Shown here piece after piece: positions 52,753-64,000 of a DNA stretch of 64,000 nt. Source of the stretch: Macrostomum lignano (Eukaryota); the NCBI GenBank assembly GCA_002269645.1, contig NIVC01000052.1:310001-374000 (forward strand), written 5' to 3'. Each line of letters begins with the position of its first letter. The first letter of the stretch is position 1. Both the position numbers and the translations under genes were made by a program. The notes beneath the pieces were generated by a model that did no database searches, was not told the origin of the DNA, and saw only the letters and a program-made list of their open reading frames with translations.

Positions 52753-55700
52753 CTAGTGGGGATGGCTGGAGACGGACAGGTAGGTGTGGGCGCCGCGATT
52801 CTCGGGAGTGCCGCCAGGTACAAAGGAGCCCGGCGGCCGGACCACGCCCACATTGTAGTTTGGCGGGAACTGCGGCTGCTGCTGCGGCTGAGGAGAGAAG
52901 AACTGCTGCTGTTGCTGCTGTCTGCTTCGTGGACCCCGCTGCTGCTGCTGCTGAGGCACCGCGTAGCCAACAGCTGCCGGGGCAACAGCGGCATGATGCT
53001 GCGGCATGGGGACAGCGAGCGAGTGCAGCTGCGGATGGAACTGCTGGTGCTGCGGCTGGTAGAACTGAATGGCAGCGGAGGCGGCCTGGTGGGCCTGGGG
53101 AGCGGCATAGTAGGCCTGGTGAGGGTCCGGCAGTGCCGCTGGAGCGGCGGCGGCGGCTCCGTAGGGCCAGGCGGCCGGGGGAGCCATGGCTATCATTGGA
53201 CCGGCTGCGTACTGGGCGGCCACGGCGGCCATCGCCGATGGGTTGTGCGGCTGCGGCTGCAGAGGCGCGGCCGGCTGCTGCTGCTGCTGCGGTGGCTGCG
53301 GCTGAGGAATCTGGGCCGGGCCGGACACCTGAACCTGCGGCTGCTGGGGCATGGGAGCCGGCACGTACTGAGGCTGCGGCGGCGGCGGAGGAGGCTGGTG
53401 GGCCTGATGATGATGGTGGTGATGTGGAGGCGGCGGCGGCGGCGGCGGCGGCATCGGGTGCTGGTGATGCTGGGCAAAGTGGCCGTGAGGAGGATGATGA
53501 GGCGGCCCGTGATGCTGCACTGGCATCATCTGTTGGTACCTAGCCATACGTCGCTCCTCCTTTCTCTGCTTGGCCCGCTCGGACACTGGCCGGGCCATAC
53601 TGACTGACAGCTGACTTCCAGCCAATTCCGTCCCGTTCATGGCCTCCACCGCGCGGACCGCCGCGTCCCGATTGGCGAAGTGCACGAAGGCGTACTCGGA
53701 CTGCACCAGGCGGACTCGCTCTGGCTGGCCGCAGTCTGCGCCAGCGAAGGCCTCGGCCAGCTGCTGCTCAGTGACTGACGGCGAGATGCCGCGAACGTAG
53801 ACGGCGCGGACGGTCTCTAGCGCGGCCGGGTCCGGCTCCTCCAGCGGGTCGGCCCAGTCCACCCAAACGTCGGCGGCGGCCGGCCAGACGCGGGGCTGGC
53901 GCTGCAGACGGCGCCTGGCTGCGCTGGCCGCGCTGTGCTTCTTGAATTCAACGAAGCAGAAGCCGCGATTCTTGCGCGGTACGCCGGGGACGCCGCCGCC
54001 GCCGTTGGGGCCGGTCGGCGCGGTCACGATGACGTCAACAACGCCGTCGAGGTGGCTCTGGAAGTCGGCTAGCAGCTCCTCGCGGCTCTTCGTCTTTGGC
54101 ACGTTGCCGACAAACAGGCGCAGATTGGGGTTGGTGATGTTCACCTGGGAGAGGCGGGGTAAACGGCGGGAGTAACTATGCAATTCCAAACAATAGTAAG
54201 TAGGCCGTCAGCTTATCAGCAATGAGCAAGGTAATTGATTGTTTACCATATCTGAATGGAACTGAGTTAAGCGCACTAACCAAGTCTGACGTTGGTTCGA
54301 GTCGCAACTGTTGACAAACTTTGCATTTTGTGCTTCCACCTCAATACCTGATTTTATTTAAGCACTGTACTTTTTAATATAGGAATTGGGATAAGATAGA
54401 GTAATATTACAAGAACAAGACAATACATTCCTCACATGTACAGCTGCCAATCTTGGCTAACTGAATTCGAACTAAAGAGCAAAAAATCATCTAATCTCTA
54501 TCCCTCTCTCATAGGGGGCCGTAGCCCAGCGGTAGCGCAGCTGCTCTGGTGTGCCAGCGACCCAGGCTCGATTCCAAGTGCAGTCACATTAATTTGGGGC
54601 TGAATTGGAATCTCGGCTTGGCTCTGCTCGTGCAATTAACGGCCTTGAGAGCCAACCCCCCAAGGCGCAGTGAAGTGTACATGCCTAACGATAAAATAAA
54701 GTTAGGGCCGCTGTACACTCCTGTGTGAGTGTGTGCCTGCGTACGTATCCGCGCGCTTGTATGCCTGCTCAGGGGAGTCGGCGGAATGGGCAGTAATGCC
54801 TCTCGCCGGTTGTGTGCCTATGTCGCTTAAAGTGCGCCAGGGTGCACACAACCCCCCTGCCTCTAAAAAAAAATCCCTCTCTCATTGTATCTCTACCCTC
54901 TCTCACTGTATCTCTACCCTCTCTCACTGTATCTCTACCCGCTCTCACTGTATCTCTACCCTCTCTCGATGTATCTCTACCCTCTCTCGCTGTATCTCTA
55001 CCCTCTCTCGCTGTATCTCTACTCCTCTCTCACTGTATCTCTACCCTCTCTCACTGTATCTCTACCCGCTCTCACTGTATCTCTACCCTCTCTCGATGTA
55101 TCTCTACCCTCTCTCGCTGTATCTCTACCCTCTCTCGCTGTATCTCTACTCCTCTCTCGCTGTATCTCTACTCCTCTCTCACTGTATCTCTACCCTCTCT
55201 CGCTGTATCTCTACCCTCTCTCGCTGTATCTCTACCCTCTCTCGCTGTATCTCTACCCTCTCTCGCTGTATCTCTCTCCTCCTCTCAACCGACCTGCAGG
55301 TGCCGCCGCGTAGCAGCCTCGTAGCCATTGAACTTCTCCACAGCCGCGGCAGCGTCCTCTTTGTCGGCGTAGCACACGAAGCCGAAGCCGCGGCCGCAGC
55401 CGGTGTTCGGGTCCACCATGACGCGAACATCGCACACGTTGCCAACACTGGAAAACAACTCGTACAGCTGGTCCTCATACATGCCTCTGGGCAGGTGACC
55501 GACAAACACTTCCCGGCCGGTGGGGTCCAGCGCCGCCTGCGGAGAGTAGCAAGCAAATGGGAAGACAGGCCTCAGCTAGGAGGTCCCAGGCTGGAATCCA
55601 GGCAGGGCCACATTTCAACTAACAGCAATAAGTGGTGGCTATTTTAGTCCGTTCCGCACGTGGCCATCACCACCACATTCACTTGAGGCTTGCAGCACGA

Positions 55701-56427
55701 AACTTTGACCCGGGGGTCAGGGCCTGCTGCTGTACATCCTGTGTGAGCGCTTGCATAAGGCGATACTCCGGGGCGCTCACAACACTCCTGCGAATATACT
55801 CAGCAAGAGTACTCACTCACTAAAGAATGTCCCTTCAGGACGCCACAAGTAGTAACAAGCGCAAATCACCTGCTCTCCATTGGTTGACGGTCCCAGTCGG
55901 CGCTGGCCAACTGTGACGAAGTGCTCCAGCCCGGTGCGCTCCAGCAGAACCTTCAGCGCCTGCGGATCGGGGCCCAGATTGCCTGGTCCGGCCGCTTGCG
56001 GCTGCTGCTGGTAGCGGTACTGCTGATAGTGCTGTTGCCGATGCTGGCTACCGCCGTTGCCAATGACAACGCCGTTAGGAACCGGCCTTGCCGCAGAGTC
56101 GCCAGCGCCAGTGGCTACATTAGTTGATGATGAGGCCGCTTGGTCAGCTGGTGGAGCCTCCGCAGCGGATGACTCATCATCAGTGTCTGGTGTGCCGTTG
56201 CCATTCTGCTTCGGTGGCTGTGCCGTTGCTTTCGTATCCAAGGACACCGCCTCCATGGCTGAGGCAGCAGACTCTGCATCAGCTGCTGCCTCGGCTGCTG
56301 GAGCGGCCATCCTGGCTGGGCCCGCCTTCGATTTGCTCGATGCCGCCTTTGACATTTGGCCGGGTGGGAGCTGCGCTGCCGCTTGGAGCTGAATGATGTG
56401 CGGCAGGTTGAAGCATGACGTCATCAT
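52753..56427 (-). CDS. SYNCRIP: hnRNP R/Q (SYNCRIP)-family RNA-binding protein with 3 RRMs and a Q/P/H/A-rich C-terminus. Exons 56427 (or 56355)-55870, 55536-55294, 54144-52753
   Basis: GPDPQALKVLLERTG..VGQRRLGP, EVFVGHLPR..RGFGFV, RLFVGNVPKTKSREE..KNRGFCFVEF..H..A..ARRRL, VDWADP..EPD, YAFVHF. Joins are phase 0. Subfamily (HNRNPR/SYNCRIP versus RBM47/A1CF) is not certain. Confidence 0.9.
54514..54702 (+). mobile_element. tRNA-derived SINE or tRNA-like pseudogene in an hnRNP intron
   Basis: GGGGGCCGTAGCCCAGCGGTAGCGC (A box), GGCTCGATTCC (B box), a non-tRNA body and an A-rich end. Confidence 0.7.
54878..55275. repeat. 21-bp intronic minisatellite
   Basis: Unit gtatctctaccctctctcgct. Confidence 0.95.
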
Positions 56428-56865
56428 TAGAGAAGAAAACAAAACCCCAGTAGGCAAAAAATTGCTGTGTTTTGTAAAAATATTTTACAGTTTTCAGACT
56501 TCTATATAAAATTGATTCATAAAGTGTACTCATATACTGCTAGAGCAATTAAGTGTGTGATAAAATGTTAGTATATACACTGTGCAAGTGCTACTAAAAG
56601 TAATAATTTTTGTAAATAGTTTTGTTCTTAAAGGTTAGTAACAATTTTGAGTATATTTGTTCTTCCAATAGTCAATAAAATATTTATGTAAAAGTTGTAT
56701 GCATTTTAAACTGAAAATCAATATTTAGCTTTGCTTGCTTTATTCATACATAAATTCACCCTGTTCTAAACTTGTTAATCTAGTCTCCAAATGCTTAGAA
56801 ATATTTTCAAAGACAGTGTGTTTTTTAAGGAAGTAGAAAGAAATCATACCATAGATACTGCTGAA

Positions 56866-57799
56866 GGATCCTACTGAAGATACTACCAAGGAGATCAAAG
56901 TGAAACAAAGTAGATTTTAGGAATACATATATAGTACTTAGAAGGCTATGACCCTCTAATCTTGAGAACACCTAAGGATTGGATAATGAATACATAGATA
57001 ATATAATTGCTAAGACATTTAGAGATATTTTGAGTTATTTTGAGAGTTATCTATAATAAATTCTAGGCCAATAGTAGATTGCTCAGTACACAATAATAAT
57101 ATTACCAAAAGAAGTAAATTTTTTAGTAAATACTTATTTTTAAAAGAAGTAAATACTTATTTTTAGATTAGTATTCAGACTTATACTTAAAATAATACTT
57201 AGACTTATACTATGACCATATTCTAAGATCTATCCTTAGAAGTTAATTATAGTTTAGTATAGCTTGGTGGCAGCAATAAGATTGAATTTTAAAAAAGGAT
57301 AGAATACCCTTTCTATGATACCAAAATTTAATTTTCATATTCGACTTAGACACATATCTTGTAAAAAGTTTTTAAATGTGACATAATGACTATTTCTTAT
57401 AAATTTAATGCTTTCTTAATATCTGAAGTGTATGCCCCCTCTATGCCTTGTTATACTTCTCTTGAATAGCCTTCTTGACCAATGTGCATTAGCACTAGTC
57501 CTTCCCAACTATTGTATAACATTGTAAGCTACATATTGGTAGTGATTCTATATAATAGCTTAGATTTGATATCTACAAGACCATGTTTTACTCTGCATAC
57601 AAGTGCATTATAATATTTTACCATCATCTAGTTTTAGTTTTAATAATTTTAGTTTACATAAATATACATTTTAGCAAAAGAAAATGACTAGTTCAATAAA
57701 AAGATAGGCTATTTATAATTGCAAATATACTAATTCACATATTATAGCTTTTAATAAATTATTTATCAATTGCCTAATATACATATATGAATAGGCTAC
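56866..57799 (+). repeat. Direct repeat, copy 1 of an apparently identical block of at least 934 bp (offset 6201 bp)
   Basis: ggatcctactgaagatactaccaagg...aataggctac matches 63067-64000 at every position I compared. Confidence 0.95.
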
Positions 57800-58248
57800 A
57801 ATTTAATTCAAGGACATATGATTAAATGTCAATATCTTGAGCATTCTTTATTCAAAGCAGGGTTTTTATATATAGAATATACAAGCAAGCATACAAACCT
57901 TAGAGATTTAGTATATTTAGATGTATACACCTTAATTTTAAAATTGCACTTTGGAATTGAAAAGTGGATATGGTTTAGGTGTAGTCTTATAACTTATTTT
58001 TCTTTTTAAGGTTTAAGCTTTATTTAATAAGAAAAATTGAACTCTGGGCCTTTAAAATTATACTTTGAAATTAGGTATAGAGTGCAATTTTGTACCATGT
58101 CTTGGGCAAAAAACCCAGATCTAAATGAACAATGATATTGAAGGCTAACATTGAAAGCTAAATTTCTAAGCTTAGTAAGATAGCCTTCCATTTTGTATTC
58201 TAATATTCTTATACAACTATTATATAAGGAAAATTGACTTATTAATAA

Positions 58249-58927
58249 TAGAGCTGTCAAAATTAGAGATTTTATTCGAGACAAGATTCGAGACTAGAAA
58301 GGCTTATAAGTCAAGAATTTCAAGACGAGACAAGACAAAGTAAATCTAAAAAATATATTTCAGAATTTCATCTTGTCTTGCTCTTATCTTGCTTTATCTT
58401 GTCTTAAATTTCTTGATAAGATACAATTCTAAAATATATTTTTTAGATTTTCCAGAATACTTTCTTAATTCTAGTTTAAATTCTTTGCTATTTATTCATA
58501 AGAATTTATGCTTGTAGGCAGCATATAGGCCCTTGGCCCTACTATGTCTATTATTAATTCGTCAAAAGACCTGTGTAGATTGTCTGCTATGATACACCTT
58601 GTTGTAGAACTGAAATGATAACTAAAAGAGCGCATATGCAATGCAAACTCGTATATAATGACGTTTGTTAAATAACTGCTCGACATTGGCTAGATTTTAC
58701 CATTTGAAAATTTCCCTATCAAGCGTGTTACAACAAACAGTTGTATTTATATGAAAATTTGCTCCCCTTTTTATATCTTATCACTTAAAAGCTTTTGAAA
58801 AAAGGTATCAGAAAAGTTCTTGAATCTCGTCTCAAATTTCTTGACAAAATTTGAGATTTCTCGAGATGAGAAAAATGTCAAGATCTTGTCTCGAATCTTG
58901 TCTCGTCAAGATCTCGTGACAGCTCTA
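58249..58927. mobile_element. Degenerate hAT-like MITE (TIR TAGAGCTGTCA, GAGACAAGA subterminal repeats)
   Basis: tagagctgtca...cgagacaagattcgagac and gtctcgaatcttgtctcg...tgacagctcta; TSD not clean. Confidence 0.7.
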
Positions 58928-59470
58928 AAATAATATTTAGCTGATTATATAAGGACAATTGCAATGATTCTAGTGCAAAGCACATCAAAAGTATGACTGC
59001 ATATTTGTAGATCTTTGGCAAGAGCACCATTTGGCTTTGGTCTACACTCAACTAAAAGCATATTGGAGAAATATATTTGGTTGAATATACCTTAGCTTTG
59101 TAATGTAATTATCATAGACATAGGCTTTAATAATATTACCAATGAATAAATTTTGTTTTATTTGCTAAGATTGTTTTTATTAATTGTTTGTTTTATTTAG
59201 TCAATTATTTTTTAATATGTTAAAAATGGTTACTGCAAATGACAAAATGGTTATTGCAAAAGCCTTCTTTGCCATTATGGACTGTTTTTGTAAAATTTTT
59301 GTCAAAGTGGATTGAATCCCTTGGTATAGGGCCAGTATAAAAAATATTATTTATATATTTAGGTGTATATTAGTTAAGGTATATACTAGTTAAATTTGGC
59401 CTAGGCCTAGCCATATCTTTTTGAGATTTTTTATGGTTAGGTTTAGCTTAGTCAGATCTAGGCCTAGCAT

Positions 59471-60111
59471 GGTTGATGGTCATTTCGTCTGCCGCCTTTT
59501 CGTCTGCCAATATACGATATAGTCGTTTCGTCTGCCAATATATATAATATATAAATCGGAATAACTAATTATATCATCAAGCTTTGCATGGAAGTGTAAT
59601 GTAAATGTCTTATTAATTATAATTTATTATAATGCTAGGATTTTTCTGAAAGTTCCGGAGCTAATATGTTGCATATGAATACACAAAGCCAGAAGCAAAT
59701 ATCTCCAACCGTTTGGAGAATTGCATGTCCGATGCTGCCATTTGTTGCACAAAGTCGCACAGTAGCGCATGTTGTCTGGGTCGTACAGTCTGTTTACAAA
59801 TTACGCATGCGTCCATGGTGAAAAATTATCAATAACTCAGAAAATAACTTCGCATTGATGCGTCGAAAGTATTATATAGGTTAGTTAGGTTTCGTAGAAA
59901 ATGAAAAAAAAGAAAATGTATCAATATAAATAAGAAAACATACTTAAAACTTGCTTATACTAATTTATTTTAATTCCCTACATAAAAAATACTAAATAAG
60001 TGAACCAAAATAAACATAAATAAAAAAGTTGTTTCGTCTGCTAAAATTCTTTGGTGGCAATCTTCTTTGGTCGCTGCTAAAAAAAGGCGGCAGATGAAAT
60101 GACCGCAGACC
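59471..60111. mobile_element. TIR element (Mutator/hAT-like MITE) with an 8-bp or longer TSD CCTAGCAT
   Basis: ggtcatttcgtctgccgcc ... ggcggcagatgaaatgacc; cctagcat at 59463-59470 and 60112-60119. Confidence 0.8.
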
Positions 60112-60342
60112 CCTAGCATTAAACTAGTTAATGAAGACAAAGTCTTTTCGCCCCAGTGAGCTTTGGGGTTGGAATTTTATAATACCTAGTGTTGTATCGA
60201 TTATTTAAAGACTTTCAAGGCATTATTAACGCTGATGCTCCTAATATTTTGCGTCGTGTCATACATAAAGTTAGCCTAATAGATAAAGTAGGGCGAGAGT
60301 TGTAAAATGTCTCTAACGTCAAATGATTTATAGGAAGGGAAT

Positions 60343-61121
60343 TAGGGATGTCGATTCCCCAGGGAATTATCTTATCGGGGACCCCGGTGAAAAGAAAAAA
60401 TAAGTTAAAACGGCGGATCACTTAGATTGTAAGTGGAATTTTTTAAACTTTGATTTAAGCTTTGTACTACATGTTCAAGGCGCAGGGGTAAAAATTTTAA
60501 ACAAAGTTTTTTTAAACTGTATTTGACAATGTGGCATCACGAAATCGTGCGCGCACCTTTATCGGAAAAGTGCATTTGTTGGAATGCATGCTAAACAGCT
60601 ACGCTCGTGAGAGGATAATTAATGAATGAGACTGTTTTTATAATCGGAATTTTATTTCTTGCATATATATGTAAATCACCATTTTGTCCTTGTCTAATAG
60701 GGAGTATATGTATGACACCCCCCTATGCGTCAGTGCCTGACGCATGACGCAGCGCTGCGCCTGCGTCAAGCCGTCAACGCAGACCAACACAGCAGTCACT
60801 AGTCAGTAAGGCTTCTTTTTCCTGACGGGTTTCTTTTCTACGTGCAATTTGCTTGATTGAATGACTTATTAGTGAAAAAACAATCAAACGTGTGTTGTGT
60901 TTCAAATACATGTAATGCATTGAAATAAGCAATTATGCGGTAAAAGAGCATAGACAGAGTTTCAATCAGCTTTCTGTGAATCAGTTTCTTATTTTAATGG
61001 CAAAAATTAAGTTACAAATGCATTTTTTCATATTTTTTCTCCCCAGGGTCCCCGGTTAAATTCCCCGGAGAGTATTCCCCGACAAGCTCCCCGGGGAGCA
61101 CTCCCGGGGTCAACATCCCTA
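60343..61121. mobile_element. Uninterrupted sister copy (opposite orientation) of the TAGGGATG hAT element
   Basis: tagggatgtcga ... tcaacatcccta. The interior aligns with 21847-22078 plus 24337-24953. Near-TSD GAAGGGAA on both sides, with one extra base on the left. Confidence 0.88.
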
Positions 61122-63066
61122 GAAGGGAAACTACGAGCATAAGTTCTGCAACACATATACAAGTAGCTAAGCATTAATAGACGCACTGCACCGATAAAAT
61201 GTAATGGAATTGCTCGAATCACCGACACCAAGACCCATAAAACTGGAGAAACTGGCAGGATATAGTAGATACATGTAGGTCAGAATCAGAAGTGATCATG
61301 GGTGGGTGGGTCAAGTGATCATGGGTTCGACCTCGATTGTATTATTCCTTCTTAATCTTATGCAATTAATTGTAAATTAGGTATGAAGTAACAGTAATTA
61401 TCCTTGACCATGCTAGAGTAAAGACAAGTCAAAGTCAAGTTAATAAAATAGACACACAGTGTAACAATAACAATGGTTTTTAGAGCCATTTTTCTTGTCT
61501 GTGTTTGTCTTTGTACATACATGTACATTTGGGAAGACTTATCTGGACCCAATCCCTTCTTATTCTACATGTACGCTGTTTTGGGTATGGGGGTTAGAGT
61601 TGGGCCGTCTGACACCCCCTCCCCCCCTACCATAGTGGACTGGAGAGAAAGAAGCACATGCTATCGCTATTGGCTAGCCTGTCGTTCTCTTTCTCTTTAC
61701 CTTCTGTCTTGTGTAGCGTACACTATCCAATGCACAAGGCCCAACTTTCCACTAAAGGAAGGTTCATATAGTCCGCCCATGGGCTTCCTCTTGCTTTCGC
61801 GTACACTCAAGGCCACTCACTCTCAACACCAGCCACTAGAGGCTTGTTTTAAATAATCGATCGATAATATTAAATGTACACTTGAAAGCTTGCTTTGGAT
61901 CCTAGCAGAAGGGGGAGAAAGTGGCCAAGGCCACCACACCACACAAGGCAGGCAGGCCGGCCCGAGTGCGATAACGAATGACAAAAAAATAGAAAAGTAC
62001 AATTTACACATCAACTTTCAATACAATAAATACAATAATAGGTACGGTATTAATGACAGTGTATTTTCGCACAAAGTAGCTACGTTCAAACCACCAGCAC
62101 GTAAACAGCTAAAATTTCACTGTTTATGAAATTTTATAAAATTTAACACATCATTTTAGATATTGAAAACTTTTAAAGGAGGGTATTACTGTTGCATGTG
62201 ACTATAAAATCGTGGTAGGTATAGCTGATGATGAAACTGGTGATTGGTATCTAGCTTTTTTGATAACTTAGCCGGTTAGACCCCGAAATAGCTATTGTAA
62301 TTTGTAACGCTGGAGCCAAATACAAATACAATGGAGCAATTAGTTTCTCTCAAATCTGTCTCTGCCAGTGCCAGTTTAGTCCATAGTAAGTAACCAAAGT
62401 AAAATACCCATTAGTGGTCCCGTTTCTAATGTTTATAAATATTAAGCTTCAGTTTACTTTTGGCACAGTATGCAATTTTGAAAATTCACCCTAATAACGG
62501 TTTGCACCAGCAGGAAAGCAACTATTTTGTTGTTGGAAATCGGATTAAGCAGTCAAAAGAGTGTATTTCTATGAAAAAGGTACTTTTTTTCCATTTTTTC
62601 AAATATTTAAACAGGTTTCGCTCTTTCAATAAAAAAATCATCGCAGTACCTTAAAGTACAGTTAGTTTGGAATTAGATGACGGCGTTGAATTGTTTCTTC
62701 CATATTCCAAAAATTATAATGAGCACTTTTCCTCAAATCAGTTTGAGATCATGATTTTTAGTCTTTCGTCGATAACTTTCTGATTTCAAATGTTTAAGAA
62801 TTGAACTCCGCAGTGAATCCATACAAAACTATACTCGTTAAATAGATCAGATTCTTCTCTTTAAAATGACACCTCACTTGTGAAATTCGCACTTGTAGTT
62901 TTGAAGTTACAGCAGTTTTTGTGAGATTTTTCTTGTCATTTTTTCGATGCACACGTCTCATATTATTATATTCGTCACAAGCCAGACCACCCAATGCGCT
63001 TCGCGCATTGGCTGGCTGTTTGTTCCTCATGCTCGGCACTTTGTGCCTCGCGCGTTCGCTCCTACT

Positions 63067-64000
63067 GGATCCTACTGAAGATACTACCAAGGAGATCAAA
63101 GTGAAACAAAGTAGATTTTAGGAATACATATATAGTACTTAGAAGGCTATGACCCTCTAATCTTGAGAACACCTAAGGATTGGATAATGAATACATAGAT
63201 AATATAATTGCTAAGACATTTAGAGATATTTTGAGTTATTTTGAGAGTTATCTATAATAAATTCTAGGCCAATAGTAGATTGCTCAGTACACAATAATAA
63301 TATTACCAAAAGAAGTAAATTTTTTAGTAAATACTTATTTTTAAAAGAAGTAAATACTTATTTTTAGATTAGTATTCAGACTTATACTTAAAATAATACT
63401 TAGACTTATACTATGACCATATTCTAAGATCTATCCTTAGAAGTTAATTATAGTTTAGTATAGCTTGGTGGCAGCAATAAGATTGAATTTTAAAAAAGGA
63501 TAGAATACCCTTTCTATGATACCAAAATTTAATTTTCATATTCGACTTAGACACATATCTTGTAAAAAGTTTTTAAATGTGACATAATGACTATTTCTTA
63601 TAAATTTAATGCTTTCTTAATATCTGAAGTGTATGCCCCCTCTATGCCTTGTTATACTTCTCTTGAATAGCCTTCTTGACCAATGTGCATTAGCACTAGT
63701 CCTTCCCAACTATTGTATAACATTGTAAGCTACATATTGGTAGTGATTCTATATAATAGCTTAGATTTGATATCTACAAGACCATGTTTTACTCTGCATA
63801 CAAGTGCATTATAATATTTTACCATCATCTAGTTTTAGTTTTAATAATTTTAGTTTACATAAATATACATTTTAGCAAAAGAAAATGACTAGTTCAATAA
63901 AAAGATAGGCTATTTATAATTGCAAATATACTAATTCACATATTATAGCTTTTAATAAATTATTTATCAATTGCCTAATATACATATATGAATAGGCTAC
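63067..64000 (+). repeat. Direct repeat, copy 2 (continues past the window end)
   Basis: Matches 56866-57799. Confidence 0.95.

Noticed and set aside
56866-64000. LTR retrotransposon interpretation of the direct repeats
   Set aside because: No TG..CA termini, PBS/PPT or gag-pol remnants; the interior is a mosaic of DNA-transposon MITEs.

Overview
Eukaryotic (animal) genomic DNA, not prokaryotic. It has GC-rich, intron-split exons with GT-AG junctions, about 16 kb (roughly a quarter of the window) of mini/microsatellites, and AT-rich transposon graveyards. The style resembles a free-living flatworm such as Macrostomum; this is inference only. I reconstructed eight genes by hand from splice sites and phases: (1) an intracellular serpin (-, runs off the left edge) whose reactive loop reads VVD-CA in the same register as poxvirus CrmA; (2) an i-type lysozyme/destabilase-like gene or pseudogene nested antisense in serpin intron 2; (3) an Abraxas/FAM175-like MPN- protein (-); (4) TMEM220 (-); (5) RMI1 (-, first exon not found); (6) an endophilin-B-like N-BAR protein with no SH3 (+); (7) a 20-exon type II transmembrane collagen (MACIT, collagen XIII/XXIII/XXV type) with an added Arg-rich tail (-); (8) an hnRNP R/Q (SYNCRIP)-like 3-RRM protein (-). 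Mobile DNA includes a four-level nest at 21.4-25.4 kb (hAT > hAT > Mutator-like > LOA-like LINE with RT/RNase H), further MITEs, two tRNA-derived SINEs and an apparently identical direct repeat of at least 934 bp. The AT-rich blocks show heavy C>T/G>A decay, including non-CpG sites, reminiscent of RIP. Most long ORFs in the supplied track are translations of tandem repeats and are not genes. All identifications come from motif recognition without database searches.
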